This document shows positions 20,064 through 31,094 of a DNA stretch of 64,000 nucleotides, one piece after another. The notes beneath the pieces are model-generated. The model did no database searches. It saw only the letters and a program-made list of their open reading frames with translations, and was not told the DNA's origin. Position 1 is the first letter of the stretch. Each line of letters opens with the position of its first letter. The position numbers and the translations under genes are program-made. This DNA is from an uncultured Lachnospiraceae bacterium (lineage in GTDB: Bacteria; Bacillota; Clostridia; Lachnospirales; Lachnospiraceae). The DNA lies in NCBI GenBank assembly GCA_946558695.1, contig CAMNTQ010000004.1, positions 7,567-71,566 of the forward strand. Direction: 5' to 3'.

Positions 20064-21548
20064 ATGAAGAAATATATCAGGACTTCTTTAAACCATCGGT
20101 TGTTCAGGATTTCGCTGACCGTATTTATGCCAATGCTTTTTGTGATGATATATCTCCTCGTCTCTCTGTCAAACGCGACCGATGCATACCGGGACATTAC
20201 CCACAATATTGTGTATGCCAACCAGTACACGCAGGATTTTAAAGGGCGTATCGATTACAGTATGTATCTGGCGGTTATTAACCAGAAAAGTGTCGAGGAG
20301 CTTGAGGATGGCAAACAGCTTGTGAATGGCTATGTTACGGTGAATCCTTATAAATATATTGATGAGATGGAGCAGGCATGTGACCGTATGTCTGAGCATG
20401 CGACAGTTGCCACCGCCCGTAACCGGATCAGGAGGGTGAAAAATACATTGCGCTCCCTCGAAAAATGTGTGAAGACACTGGAGAAAGGAAAGAACGGCGA
20501 CTGGAAATATCAGGAACAGATGGATTATTTTGATCTGAACATCAAAAATCTGACGACTTTGATTCAGGAAGGGATTCAGGATTATGTATATATAGAAACA
20601 ACGAATTATGAGAATGTCCGTGAGGCGCTGGATATCAAGACGCGGCATAGCTTTATGCTGTGCGGCGTCGTAACGATATTTGCAGTTTTTTTTGCGGGCT
20701 ATATGACAATTCATGCAACAAGAAGTATTACCATACCGATCCGCGAGCTCTGCGATATGACGGAGAAGGTTGCGGAGGGAGACTTTTCAGCCCGGACAAA
20801 GAAGGCGGATGTAGATGAGATCGGAGTGCTGTCGCAAAGCTTTAATGATATGACAGAGGAAATCGGTACATTGGTAGATGATATAAAGACACAGCAGGAG
20901 AACCTTCATCTCACGGAGACAAAATTACTGCAGGCGCAGATTAATCCCCATTTCTTATATAATACGCTGGATACGATCGTCTGGCTTGCAGAAGAGCATA
21001 AGACAAATGAGGTTGTCAACATGGTCACGGCGCTGTCAAGTTTCTTTCGGACCACTCTCAGCAAAGGAAGGGATTTTATCACTGTCAGGGAGGAAGAATC
21101 GCATATCCGAAGTTATCTGAAAATCCAGCAGTTCCGTTATCAGGATATCTTAGATTACAGTATAGAGATAGACGAAGAGCTCAGAGACTTTGTGCTGCCT
21201 AAGCTGACCTTGCAGCCGCTGGTGGAAAATGCCCTGTATCACGGGATCAAAAACAAGAGAGGAAAGGGCATGATACGGATCACCGGAAAGAAAGATAAAG
21301 AGAATATCATCTTTCAGGTACATGATAACGGAAAAGGAATGACGGCGGAAAAGCTTTTGGAACTTCGGAACAATATACAGAAGGAAAAGCCGGATAATAA
21401 TGTAAACAGCTTTGGCGTTATCAATGTGAATCAGCGGCTTCGGCATTATTATGGAAAGGAATACGGATTGTCCTATGTAAGCAGGCAGGATGAGGGAACG
21501 GAGGTTACCGTGCTTATTAAAGCGGAAAATATTCAACCTTTAACATAA
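20064..21548 (+). CDS. YesM/LytS-type sensor histidine kinase
   Basis: Two TM helices, HAMP, QAQINPHFLYNTL, LQPLVENA and DNGKG. Confidence 0.93.
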   Translation: MKKYIRTSLNHRLFRISLTVFMPMLFVMIYLLVSLSNATDAYRDITHNIVYANQYTQDFKGRIDYSMYLAVINQKSVEELEDGKQLVNGYVTVNPYKYIDEMEQACDRMSEHATVATARNRIRRVKNTLRSLEKCVKTLEKGKNGDWKYQEQMDYFDLNIKNLTTLIQEGIQDYVYIETTNYENVREALDIKTRHSFMLCGVVTIFAVFFAGYMTIHATRSITIPIRELCDMTEKVAEGDFSARTKKADVDEIGVLSQSFNDMTEEIGTLVDDIKTQQENLHLTETKLLQAQINPHFLYNTLDTIVWLAEEHKTNEVVNMVTALSSFFRTTLSKGRDFITVREEESHIRSYLKIQQFRYQDILDYSIEIDEELRDFVLPKLTLQPLVENALYHGIKNKRGKGMIRITGKKDKENIIFQVHDNGKGMTAEKLLELRNNIQKEKPDNNVNSFGVINVNQRLRHYYGKEYGLSYVSRQDEGTEVTVLIKAENIQPLT

Positions 21549-21561
21549 AAAATCGAACCTT
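21526..21561 (+). promoter_or_regulatory. Direct repeat, candidate AraC/YesN binding site
   Basis: AAAATATTCAACCTT and AAAAAATCGAACCTT at 21-bp spacing upstream of the binding-protein gene. Confidence 0.45.
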
Positions 21562-21688
21562 ATTAAAAAAATCATAAAAAAATGTAAAAACTGGAAATGA
21601 AACTCTGTTTAAAATTTATTCATAATATTTTAACATATTATCAAGATGATTGACACAGAGTTGATCAGAGAGAAAAGGAGGATAAGAC

Positions 21689-22765
21689 ATGAAAAGAAAA
21701 TTAATCGCAGCTTTGATGGTTACGGCAATGGCAGCTTCTATGGCAGTAGGATGCGGCGGGGGCGGCGCAAGCAGCGACGGCGGCAGCTCAGAAGGCGGTT
21801 CGGAAGGCGGCTCAGAAGGCGGCAGCGATGTGATCACAGTTGGTTTTGCACAGGTTGGCGCTGAGTCTGACTGGCGTACAGCAAATTCGGAGTCTATGAA
21901 AGAGACATTCAGCGAGGCGAACGGATATGAGCTGATCTTCGATGATGCTCAGCAGAAACAGGAGAACCAGATCACAGCGATCCGTAACTTTATCCAGCAG
22001 GAGGTTGATTACATAGTTTTGGCGCCTGTTACGGAGACAGGATGGGATACAGTTCTTCAGGAAGCAAAGGATGCGGACATTCCGGTTATCACGGTTGACC
22101 GTATGGTAGATGTATCAGACGACAGCTTATTCGTATCTTATGTAGGCGGTAACTTCCAGCTTGAAGGCGCTAAGGCATGTGAGTGGCTGAAGGCATACGC
22201 TGACGCTAAAGGAATCAAGGAACTGAACATCGCGCACATTCAGGGAACGATTGGTGCATCTGCTCAGATCGGACGTACAGAAGGTCTTGAAAACGCGGCA
22301 AAAGAGTATGGCTGGAACATCGTGGCTCAGCAGACTGGTGAGTTTACACAGGCGAAGGGACAGGAAGTTATGGAGTCCATGTTAAAACAGCATGATAACA
22401 TCAATGTTGTGTACTGTGAGAACGACAATGAGGCATTTGGCGCTATCGACGCAATCAAGGCGGCAGGTAAGACAGTTGGTCCTGACGGAGACATCCTTGT
22501 ACTCTCCTTCGATACAGTAAAAGCCGGTATCGAGGCTACGATGAAAGGCGAGATCATCTGTAATACAGAGTGTAACCCGCTCCACGGCCCGCGTGTAGCA
22601 GAGTTGATCCAGAAGCTTGAGGCCGGCGAAGAGATTGATAAGATCGCATATGTTGACGAAGGAATCTTTGCATACGGATCAGATGTTGCAAAAGTTACGG
22701 TTGACGGAACAGACTATGAAGTAACAGAAGTGACACAGGAAGTTATTGACGGACGTGCATACTAA
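21689..22765 (+). CDS. Sugar ABC substrate-binding lipoprotein, YtfQ-like (galactofuranose/arabinose type)
   Basis: Lipobox AVGC, SEGG linker repeats, GFAQVGAESDWR and ECNPLHGP. Confidence 0.88.
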   Translation: MKRKLIAALMVTAMAASMAVGCGGGGASSDGGSSEGGSEGGSEGGSDVITVGFAQVGAESDWRTANSESMKETFSEANGYELIFDDAQQKQENQITAIRNFIQQEVDYIVLAPVTETGWDTVLQEAKDADIPVITVDRMVDVSDDSLFVSYVGGNFQLEGAKACEWLKAYADAKGIKELNIAHIQGTIGASAQIGRTEGLENAAKEYGWNIVAQQTGEFTQAKGQEVMESMLKQHDNINVVYCENDNEAFGAIDAIKAAGKTVGPDGDILVLSFDTVKAGIEATMKGEIICNTECNPLHGPRVAELIQKLEAGEEIDKIAYVDEGIFAYGSDVAKVTVDGTDYEVTEVTQEVIDGRAY

Positions 22766-22968
22766 GAGGATTCATAGGGAATTACGGTTTCCTGTTTGAG
22801 TTGCCATGAATCCGGAGGAAACTGCCGACGGCAGTTTCCGCAGGTAAAAGGGCGCAGCAGGATGGAAGGGATAAAAAGCCCCGTCTGCTGCGCTCTCTTT
22901 ATGTCCAAAAACAGGAGATTTTTAAGTGTAGCAATGATGGAATGAGTAAGAAAGCAGGTGAGACTGAT

Positions 22969-24486
22969 ATGGAACAGAATGTTGTACTTTCTATGCGGGA
23001 TATATCTAAGACATTTCCCGGCGTAAAAGCTTTGCAGCATGTTGATTTTACCCTCAGGGAAGGCGAGATCCATGCGCTGATGGGGGAAAACGGAGCGGGA
23101 AAATCTACACTCATCAAGGTTCTCACGGGTGTTCATGATTTCGAGGCCGGAGAGATCAAAATGGCGGGAAATGATACGCCGATTGTCAACAGATCGCCTC
23201 AAGATGCACAAAATAACGGAATCAGTACCGTGTATCAGGAGGTAAACTTATGTCCGAACCTTACGGTTGCGGAGAATCTTTTTATCGGGCGGGAACCGAG
23301 AAAGGCTGGATTTATTGACTGGAAAACCATGAATAAGAAATCTTCAGAGCTTCTTTTGAGCCTTGATATAGATGCCAGTGCGACAGATAAATTGGAGGAT
23401 TGTTCTCTGGCAAAGCAGCAGATGATCGCAATTGCACGTGCAGTAGATATGAAATGTAAGGTGCTGATCCTTGACGAGCCTACCTCTTCTCTCGATGACG
23501 ACGAGGTTGAAAAGCTGTTCGTGCTGATGAGAAGACTCCGGGGAGAAGGTGTCGGCATTATATTCGTTACCCACTTTCTTGAACAGGTATATGCGGTCTG
23601 CGACCGTATTACCGTATTGAGGAACGGCGAGCTGGTAGGCGAATATGAGACGAAGGACCTTCCGAGAGTTATGCTGGTAGCGAAGATGATGGGGAAAGAT
23701 TTCGATGATTTGGCGGACATTAAGAGCGCCCACGGGGAACTTAAGGAATTTGTGCCTGTTATTGAAGCGGAAGGAATCGGAAGAAAAGGAAGTATTAAAC
23801 CATTTGATTTCACCGTTAATAAAGGGGAAGTCGTGGGACTTACAGGACTTTTAGGTTCCGGACGTTCCGAATTGGTCCGTGCGATCTACGGTGCGGATAA
23901 GCCGGACAGCGGAACCCTTAAGGTGAATGGAAAAGAGGCAAAGATAGGTACGCCGCTCGATGCCATGAAGCTTGGCATGGCATATCTGCCGGAGGACCGT
24001 AAGAAAGACGGTATTATCGCGGATCTGTCTGTGAGGGAGAATATCATCATCGCTTTGCAGGCGAAAAAAGGAATGTTCAAGCTGATGAGCCGCAAGGAGA
24101 TGGAAGACGCGGCGGATAAATATATTGAGATGCTTCAGGTAAAGACGGCCAGCCGCGAGACGCCGATCAAAAGCCTTTCAGGAGGAAATCAGCAGAAGGT
24201 GATCATCGGAAGGTGGCTTCTTACCAATCCGGAATACCTAATTTTAGATGAACCTACCCGCGGTATCGATATCGGAACAAAGACGGAGATACAAAAGCTG
24301 GTTCTTGATCTGGCGGATCAGGGAATGGCAGTCACATTTATCTCGTCAGAAGTAGAGGAGATGCTTCGTACCTGCTCGCGTATGGGGGTACTCAGAGACG
24401 GAAAAAAGGTGGGTGAGCTTACCGGCGGGGAGCTTACACAGGAAGGCATCATGAAAGCAATTGCAGGAGGTGAGGGCAATGAATAA
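22969..24486 (+). CDS. Sugar ABC transporter ATP-binding protein (YtfR-like, two ABC domains)
   Basis: [14 protein letters not shown] twice, LSGGNQQKV. Confidence 0.93.
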   Translation: MEQNVVLSMRDISKTFPGVKALQHVDFTLREGEIHALMGENGAGKSTLIKVLTGVHDFEAGEIKMAGNDTPIVNRSPQDAQNNGISTVYQEVNLCPNLTVAENLFIGREPRKAGFIDWKTMNKKSSELLLSLDIDASATDKLEDCSLAKQQMIAIARAVDMKCKVLILDEPTSSLDDDEVEKLFVLMRRLRGEGVGIIFVTHFLEQVYAVCDRITVLRNGELVGEYETKDLPRVMLVAKMMGKDFDDLADIKSAHGELKEFVPVIEAEGIGRKGSIKPFDFTVNKGEVVGLTGLLGSGRSELVRAIYGADKPDSGTLKVNGKEAKIGTPLDAMKLGMAYLPEDRKKDGIIADLSVRENIIIALQAKKGMFKLMSRKEMEDAADKYIEMLQVKTASRETPIKSLSGGNQQKVIIGRWLLTNPEYLILDEPTRGIDIGTKTEIQKLVLDLADQGMAVTFISSEVEEMLRTCSRMGVLRDGKKVGELTGGELTQEGIMKAIAGGEGNE

Positions 24487-25543
24487 GAATGGATTTGATA
24501 TGAAAAAACTTACGTCTATGCGTTTATTCCTGCCAATCGTATGTCTGGTTGCCATGCTTATCGTAGCAGCGATCACCATACCGGGTTTCTTTAAGATATC
24601 GATTACCAACGGAGTGCTTTACGGATATCCGATAGATGTTGTAAACCGTGCGTCAGAGCTTGCAATTCTTGCAGTTGGCATGACGCTTGTTACGGCGGCG
24701 TCAGGAGGGCAGGATATCAGCGTCGGAGCGGTTATGGCAGTGGCGGGCGCGGTGTGCTGTCAGATTCTTTCCGGCGGAGAGGTATCTGTGACGAAGCTTG
24801 CAGCGCCTCTTCTTTTGGCAATGCTCGTTGGTATTCTGGTAGCAGGTGTGTGCGGGCTTTTCAATGGATTGCTGGTATCCTATCTTGACATCCAGCCTAT
24901 GGTCGCAACATTGATTTTGTTCACAGCGGGACGGGGAATTGCCCAGCTGGTTACAAAGGGGCAGATTACATATGTCCGTGTGGATTCCTATATGGTGGCG
25001 GGCGGTTACGTAGGAGCGATCCCGACGCCGATCATTATTGCGGCGATCGTTGTTATTGTTGCATATCTTGTACTGAAAAAGACAGCCCTTGGACTCTACA
25101 TAGAAAGTGTCGGCATCAATGGCGATGCCTCCCGTCTGGTAGGTCTGAACTCCAGAAGAATCAAGCTTCTTACTTATGTGCTTTGCGGGCTTTTAGCAGG
25201 TGTCGCAGGAATCGTGGCATCTAGCCGTATCTATTCTGCAGATGCCAATAACCTTGGATTAAATCTTGAGATGGATGCGATCTTAGCGGTTGCTCTCGGA
25301 GGGAATATCCTAAGCGGCGGGAAGTTCAGCCTGATGGGTTCTGTTATCGGCGCGGCTACGATCCAGACATTATCGACGGCATTGTACGCAATGGGTGTAT
25401 CGGGAGATCAGCTTCCGGTATACAAGGCGATCGTTGTTATCATCATCGTTGTACTGCAGAGTCCTGTATTCAAAAAATACACAGCAGGTCTTAAGGCAAA
25501 AAGGGCTGTGCCGAAAGCAGCGGCAGAAGGAGGTAATCAGTAA
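24479..25543 (+). CDS. Sugar ABC permease (YtfT-like)
   Basis: GGQDISVG, QPMVATL and EMDAILAVALGG. Confidence 0.9.
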   Translation: MNKNGFDMKKLTSMRLFLPIVCLVAMLIVAAITIPGFFKISITNGVLYGYPIDVVNRASELAILAVGMTLVTAASGGQDISVGAVMAVAGAVCCQILSGGEVSVTKLAAPLLLAMLVGILVAGVCGLFNGLLVSYLDIQPMVATLILFTAGRGIAQLVTKGQITYVRVDSYMVAGGYVGAIPTPIIIAAIVVIVAYLVLKKTALGLYIESVGINGDASRLVGLNSRRIKLLTYVLCGLLAGVAGIVASSRIYSADANNLGLNLEMDAILAVALGGNILSGGKFSLMGSVIGAATIQTLSTALYAMGVSGDQLPVYKAIVVIIIVVLQSPVFKKYTAGLKAKRAVPKAAAEGGNQ

Positions 25544-26556
25544 TGGGAAAAAATAAAAGGAAAATAAGCGGAACTGGTTTTCTGCTTCTGATTACGGTCG
25601 TATTGTTTGCTGTTATGTATGCTGCGGGTATGGCAGTATTTGCAGATAAAGGCTTTGCAAAGCCTCAGATGTTCTTTAACCTGTTTATTACCAATGCGGG
25701 ACTTCTAGTTATCAGTATGGGGCTTACGATTGTAATGATCTCTGGCGGTATCGATATCTCCGTCGGCTCTGTGACGGCCCTTGTATGTATGGCTGCCGCA
25801 TATTCCATGGAAAATATGGGAACGAGCGCTTATATGGCAGTTGCGATAGCTCTTGGAATCGGCATTGCATATGGTCTGGTGCAGGGGATTCTGGTAGCAT
25901 ATCTGGATATTCAGCCCTTTATCGTTACGCTGGCAGGTCTGTTCTTTGGACGCGGTATGACGGCGGTTATCAGTAAAGAGATGATCTCTATTAAAAACGA
26001 GACGTTCCTTGCATGGGCGAACTATAAGATCTATCTGCCGATCGGCTCTTACAGCCGGAGAGGAAAATTCCTGCCGGCATATATCTACCCGACAGTAGTG
26101 ATCGCACTGCTTATCGTATTGATCATTATTCTGGTAATGAAGTTCACCAAATTCGGGCGCAGTGTATACGCAGTGGGCGGAAATGCCCAGAGCGCCATGA
26201 TGATGGGGCTTGACGTCAGGAAAACAAAGCTAAAAGCATACATTTTAGACGGTGTGCTGGCAGGCTGCGGCGGATTCCTGTTTTGCCTGAACAGCTGCGC
26301 CGGGTTCGTAGAACAGGCGAAGGGGCTTGAGATGGACGCCATATCCTCGGCGGTTATCGGAGGCACGCTCCTTAGCGGCGGCGTCGGAACTCCTTTTGGA
26401 ACAATCTTTGGCGTGCTGATCAAAGGAACCATTTCCAGTCTGATCACGACACAGGGGACACTTTCAAGCTGGTGGGTACGTATCGTACTGTCCGCACTGC
26501 TGTGTTTCTTCATTGTACTGCAGTCAGTACTTGGAAATCTGAAAAAGAAAAAATAA
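25543..26556 (+). CDS. Sugar ABC permease (YjfF-like)
   Basis: GGIDISVGS, QPFIVTL and EMDAISSAVIGG. Confidence 0.9.
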   Translation: MGKNKRKISGTGFLLLITVVLFAVMYAAGMAVFADKGFAKPQMFFNLFITNAGLLVISMGLTIVMISGGIDISVGSVTALVCMAAAYSMENMGTSAYMAVAIALGIGIAYGLVQGILVAYLDIQPFIVTLAGLFFGRGMTAVISKEMISIKNETFLAWANYKIYLPIGSYSRRGKFLPAYIYPTVVIALLIVLIIILVMKFTKFGRSVYAVGGNAQSAMMMGLDVRKTKLKAYILDGVLAGCGGFLFCLNSCAGFVEQAKGLEMDAISSAVIGGTLLSGGVGTPFGTIFGVLIKGTISSLITTQGTLSSWWVRIVLSALLCFFIVLQSVLGNLKKKK

Positions 26557-26572
26557 TAAGGAATATTAAAGT

Positions 26573-26603
26573 AAAACCCCGGAGCGTCGTCTCCGGGGTT
26601 TTT
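26573..26603 (+). terminator. Intrinsic terminator
   Basis: AAAACCCCGGAG-CGTCGT-CTCCGGGGTTTTT. Confidence 0.85.
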
Positions 26604-26696
26604 GAAGCAAAACAGGAAAATTTTGCGAAAATTGTCTGTTTTGTGTATAATAAAATATAACTCAATGGAAAAGTTTTATTTGGGAGAGGAAGAGTT

Positions 26697-28295
26697 ATGT
26701 ATACGGTAGTCATTGCAGATGATGAAGAAGAAATCCGCCGCTCATTAATCCGGAAAATAGACTGGAAAGCCATTGGCTTTGAAGTGGCGGGAGAGGCGGA
26801 CAATGGAGAAGATGCGCTGGAACTGGTGGAAAAGCTGGAGCCGGATCTTCTGCTCACAGATGTTAAAATGCCGTTTGTCTCGGGGATTGAACTGGCAAGG
26901 CAGGTGAGAGAGGTAAGGCCGGCGACACAGATTGCTTTTTTAAGCGGATATGATGATTTCTCCTATGCGCAGCAGGCGATACAGTATAATATTATCAGTT
27001 ATATGCTGAAACCGATATCGTCGGAGGAGCTGACGAAGGAACTTCTTGTGATCAGGGAAAAGATGGAGAAAAAGTTCGGGGAGTTCATGCGGGAGGACGC
27101 GGAAAATCAGAAGATGGAAAAGAGAGAGTTTTTGTTTCCGCTTTTGCTGGACGGCTTCCGGAGGGAACTTAGCGGCAGCGAGAAGGAAAAGCTTGTAGAC
27201 AGTGCGGTGGCGTGCGGGCTGCTTGATGAGAAGAGCAAGCGCATCTTTCGCTACGCAGTCATTGTAACCAGTATCACGGAAGAGGGATGTAACTGTACCG
27301 GAAGAGGCGGAGTTCAGGCGGTAGATTCTATTCTGAAAAAATATGTCAAATATACAAGTGTCTACGCGCAGGACAAAATCATATCGCTTCTTATGGCGAC
27401 GGAGGCGGGGTTCCGCAAATACCTGCACATTATTGTGAAAGACATCAGCCAAAGCGTAGAGCGGATCAAAGGACTGGAATGTGTCATAGGGGTCAGCAGG
27501 ATCGCGAAGCATATAGCGGGCGTCCATGAGTGTTACCTGGAAGCAGTCAATGCTATGGGGTATGCGAAAAAAAGCGGCGGAAGTATTCATTTTATCGGAG
27601 ATGAAGAGCGCATGGAACCTCTCGACCAGGAACTGGTACAAAGTACGGTCAAGGAAATAGAGAACCTTGTGCGGGGTGGTACAGCGCAGGAGATAACCGA
27701 ATACCTGACCCGCTTTTTCTCGGAAGCCGGGGAAGGGAGGATAACATCTATTGCCGCTGATTTCATACTGCTGCAGATTGTATCATCTACCTTCCAGGTG
27801 GTCTACGCCGCTGCGGGAAATGAAGCGGTGCAGAAGCTTCAGCAGAAATTTTCCCTCTATCATAATATGCGGGGACTGGGCGGCGCAGAACATATGCAGG
27901 CTTACATCGAAATCTGCGTGGCGGCGAGAGAGCTGGTTGCAGAGCAGAGAAAGAAGAGCAGTGAGATACTTTGTGAGAAAACACTGCGCATGATCGATGA
28001 GAAATATATGGATCCGGAACTGTCTCTGGCGGGAGTCAGCGCGGAAATCGCGGTAAGTCCGAATTACCTGAGCGCTCTGGTAAAAAAGGAGACGGGCAGC
28101 ACATTCAAAGACCTACTCACAAAGAGGCGGATTGAAACGGCCCGGGACCTGCTTTTGTGTACGTCCATGAAGATACGGGAGATTGCGGAAAAGTGCGGTT
28201 ATAACGACCAGCACTATTTCAGCTATTGCTTTAAAAAGTATACGGGGAATTCCCCCAATAACTGCAGGAGATCAAATGAGGAAACAAAAGTATAA
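26697..28295 (+). CDS. YesN-type response regulator (receiver plus AraC HTH)
   Basis: ADDE, LTDVKMP, SGYDDFSYA and CGYNDQHYFS. Confidence 0.93.
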   Translation: MYTVVIADDEEEIRRSLIRKIDWKAIGFEVAGEADNGEDALELVEKLEPDLLLTDVKMPFVSGIELARQVREVRPATQIAFLSGYDDFSYAQQAIQYNIISYMLKPISSEELTKELLVIREKMEKKFGEFMREDAENQKMEKREFLFPLLLDGFRRELSGSEKEKLVDSAVACGLLDEKSKRIFRYAVIVTSITEEGCNCTGRGGVQAVDSILKKYVKYTSVYAQDKIISLLMATEAGFRKYLHIIVKDISQSVERIKGLECVIGVSRIAKHIAGVHECYLEAVNAMGYAKKSGGSIHFIGDEERMEPLDQELVQSTVKEIENLVRGGTAQEITEYLTRFFSEAGEGRITSIAADFILLQIVSSTFQVVYAAAGNEAVQKLQQKFSLYHNMRGLGGAEHMQAYIEICVAARELVAEQRKKSSEILCEKTLRMIDEKYMDPELSLAGVSAEIAVSPNYLSALVKKETGSTFKDLLTKRRIETARDLLLCTSMKIREIAEKCGYNDQHYFSYCFKKYTGNSPNNCRRSNEETKV

Positions 28296-30012
28296 TGCCG
28301 AATGGATAAAGCGGATTGCGATGTCTGAAATATTTACGGTGGCGACGACACTGATCGTCATTCTTGCCTCTGTTGTATCGTTTAGTATTTTTGTGCGGAT
28401 ATACAGAAACGCCACAGAAGAAGATGTCGTGACCAGCAGCGAACAGGCTGTGGTACAGGTGAGAAACATGGTATCCGGTTATATAAAAGATATGAGCGGC
28501 GTTATGGATATGATACATGAGAATATCGGAAAAAAGGAGCGCTATCAGGACGAATTTTTAGAAAATCTTCTGGAGGTGCGGACAGATATTATAGCCATCA
28601 CGACTTATGACAGTGAAGGCAGGCTGTTAGACTGCTGGTCGGGAGGATACGAGGTTAAAAAGAATTATTTAAAAAATCTTTCCTACGATTCGAAGGTTCC
28701 GAAAGAGACGGCGGCAGCAGGACAGCTTTATATTACCAAGCCTCATGTGGAATCTTTGTTTGTAGATTATTATCCGTGGGTTGTTACGATTTCGCAGTAT
28801 ATGCAGAGAGCCGGCGGGGAGTATGTGCAGGTGGCGATTGACATCAAATTTTCCAATATTGCCCGGTATGTAGACGATGTCGGGATCGGACAGCACGGCT
28901 ATTGCTATATTATGAACCACAAAGGGGGAATTGTCTATCATCCGCAGCAGCAGTTAATCTATTCCGGGCTTAAGGAGGAACGTTACGCGACAATCCTTAA
29001 GGAAGGGACGCAGATGAATCAGGAAACAATCTATGCGGTAGAGAAGGTTGAGAACTGCGACTGGCTGATCGTAGGGGTCAGTTATGTAGATGAGATGATC
29101 ACAAGCAGGGTTGAGAAAGTCGTACATACACTGATGATCATCATACCGGCGGTAATTCTTGCAGCGTTCCTTGCAGGGAGCATGTTTTCAAGGATTTTTT
29201 CACGTCCGGCAAAAAGGCTTACAAAAGCGATGGGGGAATTTGAGAAAAATACCGATGGTTTTCAGTTTCATCCCATAACGGGAACAAAAGAGATTGCTAC
29301 GATCTCGGATTCCTTTGAGCATATGGTACTCCAGATCCAGAGACTTGTGGAGCAGGTGAGGCAGGAGGAGATATCTCTTAGAAAGACGGAGCTTAAGGCG
29401 CTGCAGGCACAGATAAATCCTCATTTTTTGTACAATACGCTGGATGCGATCGCATGGATGTGTGAAGAGGAGAGGAATCAAGATGCGGAGGAGATGGTAA
29501 ACGCCCTTGCCAAACTGTTTCGCATCAGTATCAGCAAGGGATATGAGCTGATTCCCATCGAGAAAGAGGTGGAACATGCCGCCAGCTACCTGAAAATACA
29601 AAATTACAGGTATAAAAACCAGTTTACCTATCAGTTTGATGTGGAAGACGAATGCCTTTTGTACTATTGTAATAAAATCACGCTGCAGCCGATTATAGAG
29701 AATGCGATTTATCATGGACTGGACCGTATGGTAGAGGAAGGAAAGATACGGATCGCTATTTTCGAAGACGGGGAGGATATCGTATTTACCGTCGAGGATA
29801 ACGGAGTGGGGATGACAGAAGAGGAATGCCGGGAAATCCTGTACAGGGAGACCAGCGACAGGGTAGGTATCGGAATTAAGAATGTAAATGACAGGATAAA
29901 AATTTATTTTGGCGAGAAATATGGGCTTTCAATCAAAAGCGAGCTTGATGAAGGGACAAAAGTAATCATCCGTATGCCGAAAGTGACGGAGAGAAATTAT
30001 GTGGAGAAATAA
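28276..30012 (+). CDS. YesM-type sensor histidine kinase with Cache domain
   Basis: TM-Cache-TM-HAMP layout, QAQINPHFLYNTL, LQPIIENA and DNGVG. Confidence 0.92.
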   Translation: MRKQKYNAEWIKRIAMSEIFTVATTLIVILASVVSFSIFVRIYRNATEEDVVTSSEQAVVQVRNMVSGYIKDMSGVMDMIHENIGKKERYQDEFLENLLEVRTDIIAITTYDSEGRLLDCWSGGYEVKKNYLKNLSYDSKVPKETAAAGQLYITKPHVESLFVDYYPWVVTISQYMQRAGGEYVQVAIDIKFSNIARYVDDVGIGQHGYCYIMNHKGGIVYHPQQQLIYSGLKEERYATILKEGTQMNQETIYAVEKVENCDWLIVGVSYVDEMITSRVEKVVHTLMIIIPAVILAAFLAGSMFSRIFSRPAKRLTKAMGEFEKNTDGFQFHPITGTKEIATISDSFEHMVLQIQRLVEQVRQEEISLRKTELKALQAQINPHFLYNTLDAIAWMCEEERNQDAEEMVNALAKLFRISISKGYELIPIEKEVEHAASYLKIQNYRYKNQFTYQFDVEDECLLYYCNKITLQPIIENAIYHGLDRMVEEGKIRIAIFEDGEDIVFTVEDNGVGMTEEECREILYRETSDRVGIGIKNVNDRIKIYFGEKYGLSIKSELDEGTKVIIRMPKVTERNYVEK

Positions 30013-31003
30013 AAGTAATATGATCAGACTCACAGCGCTTCTGTCAGCAGTGCTATTACTGGCAGGATGTGCGTACGCAGGTCAGGGGACGGATAAGGGA
30101 AAAGACGGAATGAGCAATGCGGGTAAGAAGCGGAAAGTTGCATTGATTGCAAAATCCACGACATCGGCATTCTGGAAGTCCGTCTATTCCGGAAGCAGCG
30201 CGGCTTCAACAGCATGCAACATGGAACTCCTTTTTGAAGGACCGGAAAAAGAGGAAGACTATGAGACACAGAATAAGATGATTGAGCAGGCAGTCAGAGA
30301 AGGGTATGAGGCGATCGTATTCTCAGCCGTCGATTATAAAAAGAACGCGGAGGCAATTAACGCGGCGGCGGCAAAGGGAGTAAAAATTGTCGGGATTGAC
30401 AGCGACGTTGACAGCAATGCAGTTTCATGCCGTATCGGTACGGACAACTATAACGCGGGCTGTGTGGCGGGACAGGCAGTGCTTTCAGGCAAAGAGGGCA
30501 TACTCTATGTAGGAATCGTGAATTTTGAAAAACGTTCGGAAAACGGCCAGGAGAGGGAGAGAGGTTTTTTTGATACAGTAAAAAAGGACGAGCATGTCCA
30601 CATTGTTGAGACAATTAATGTTATCTCGACGACAGAAGATGCGAAAAAGGAGACGCTCAGGCTTCTTGACCGGTATCCTCATATCAATACGATCGTTACC
30701 TTCAACGAGTGGACAAGCCTTGGAGTAGGGTACGCCGTCAGGGAAAAAAGGGCGGGTGAAAAGATACATGTCGTTGCCTTTGACAGCAACGTGGTATCTG
30801 TAGGAATGCTTGAGACGGGCGAAGTGGATGCCCTTATTGTCCAGAATCCATACGCGATGGGATACCTTGGCGTTGAGACGGCATATAATCTCCTGAACGG
30901 GACGCCTGCACGGAAAGAAAGGATCGATACGGAAACGCTCTGTGTCACACGTGAGAATATGTATGATGATGAGTGCCAGAAGCTGCTGTTTGCGTTTGAA
31001 TAA
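29999..31003 (+). CDS. Sugar-binding lipoprotein, probable sensory partner of the kinase
   Basis: Lipobox LAGC; IGTDNYNAG and VQNPYAMGY; overlaps the kinase stop codon. Confidence 0.85.
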   Translation: MWRNKSNMIRLTALLSAVLLLAGCAYAGQGTDKGKDGMSNAGKKRKVALIAKSTTSAFWKSVYSGSSAASTACNMELLFEGPEKEEDYETQNKMIEQAVREGYEAIVFSAVDYKKNAEAINAAAAKGVKIVGIDSDVDSNAVSCRIGTDNYNAGCVAGQAVLSGKEGILYVGIVNFEKRSENGQERERGFFDTVKKDEHVHIVETINVISTTEDAKKETLRLLDRYPHINTIVTFNEWTSLGVGYAVREKRAGEKIHVVAFDSNVVSVGMLETGEVDALIVQNPYAMGYLGVETAYNLLNGTPARKERIDTETLCVTRENMYDDECQKLLFAFE

Positions 31004-31094
31004 TAGAAATTTGTACAAAAACCATAAAAAATCCCATGGGAAGACGCAAATTTATGTGATATCCTCTAAGCATAATGAAAAAGGAGGTCATATT

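Noticed and set aside
21766-21830. GAAGGCGGC-type tandem repeats
   Set aside because: They encode the Ser/Glu/Gly lipoprotein linker; not CRISPR or a contingency locus
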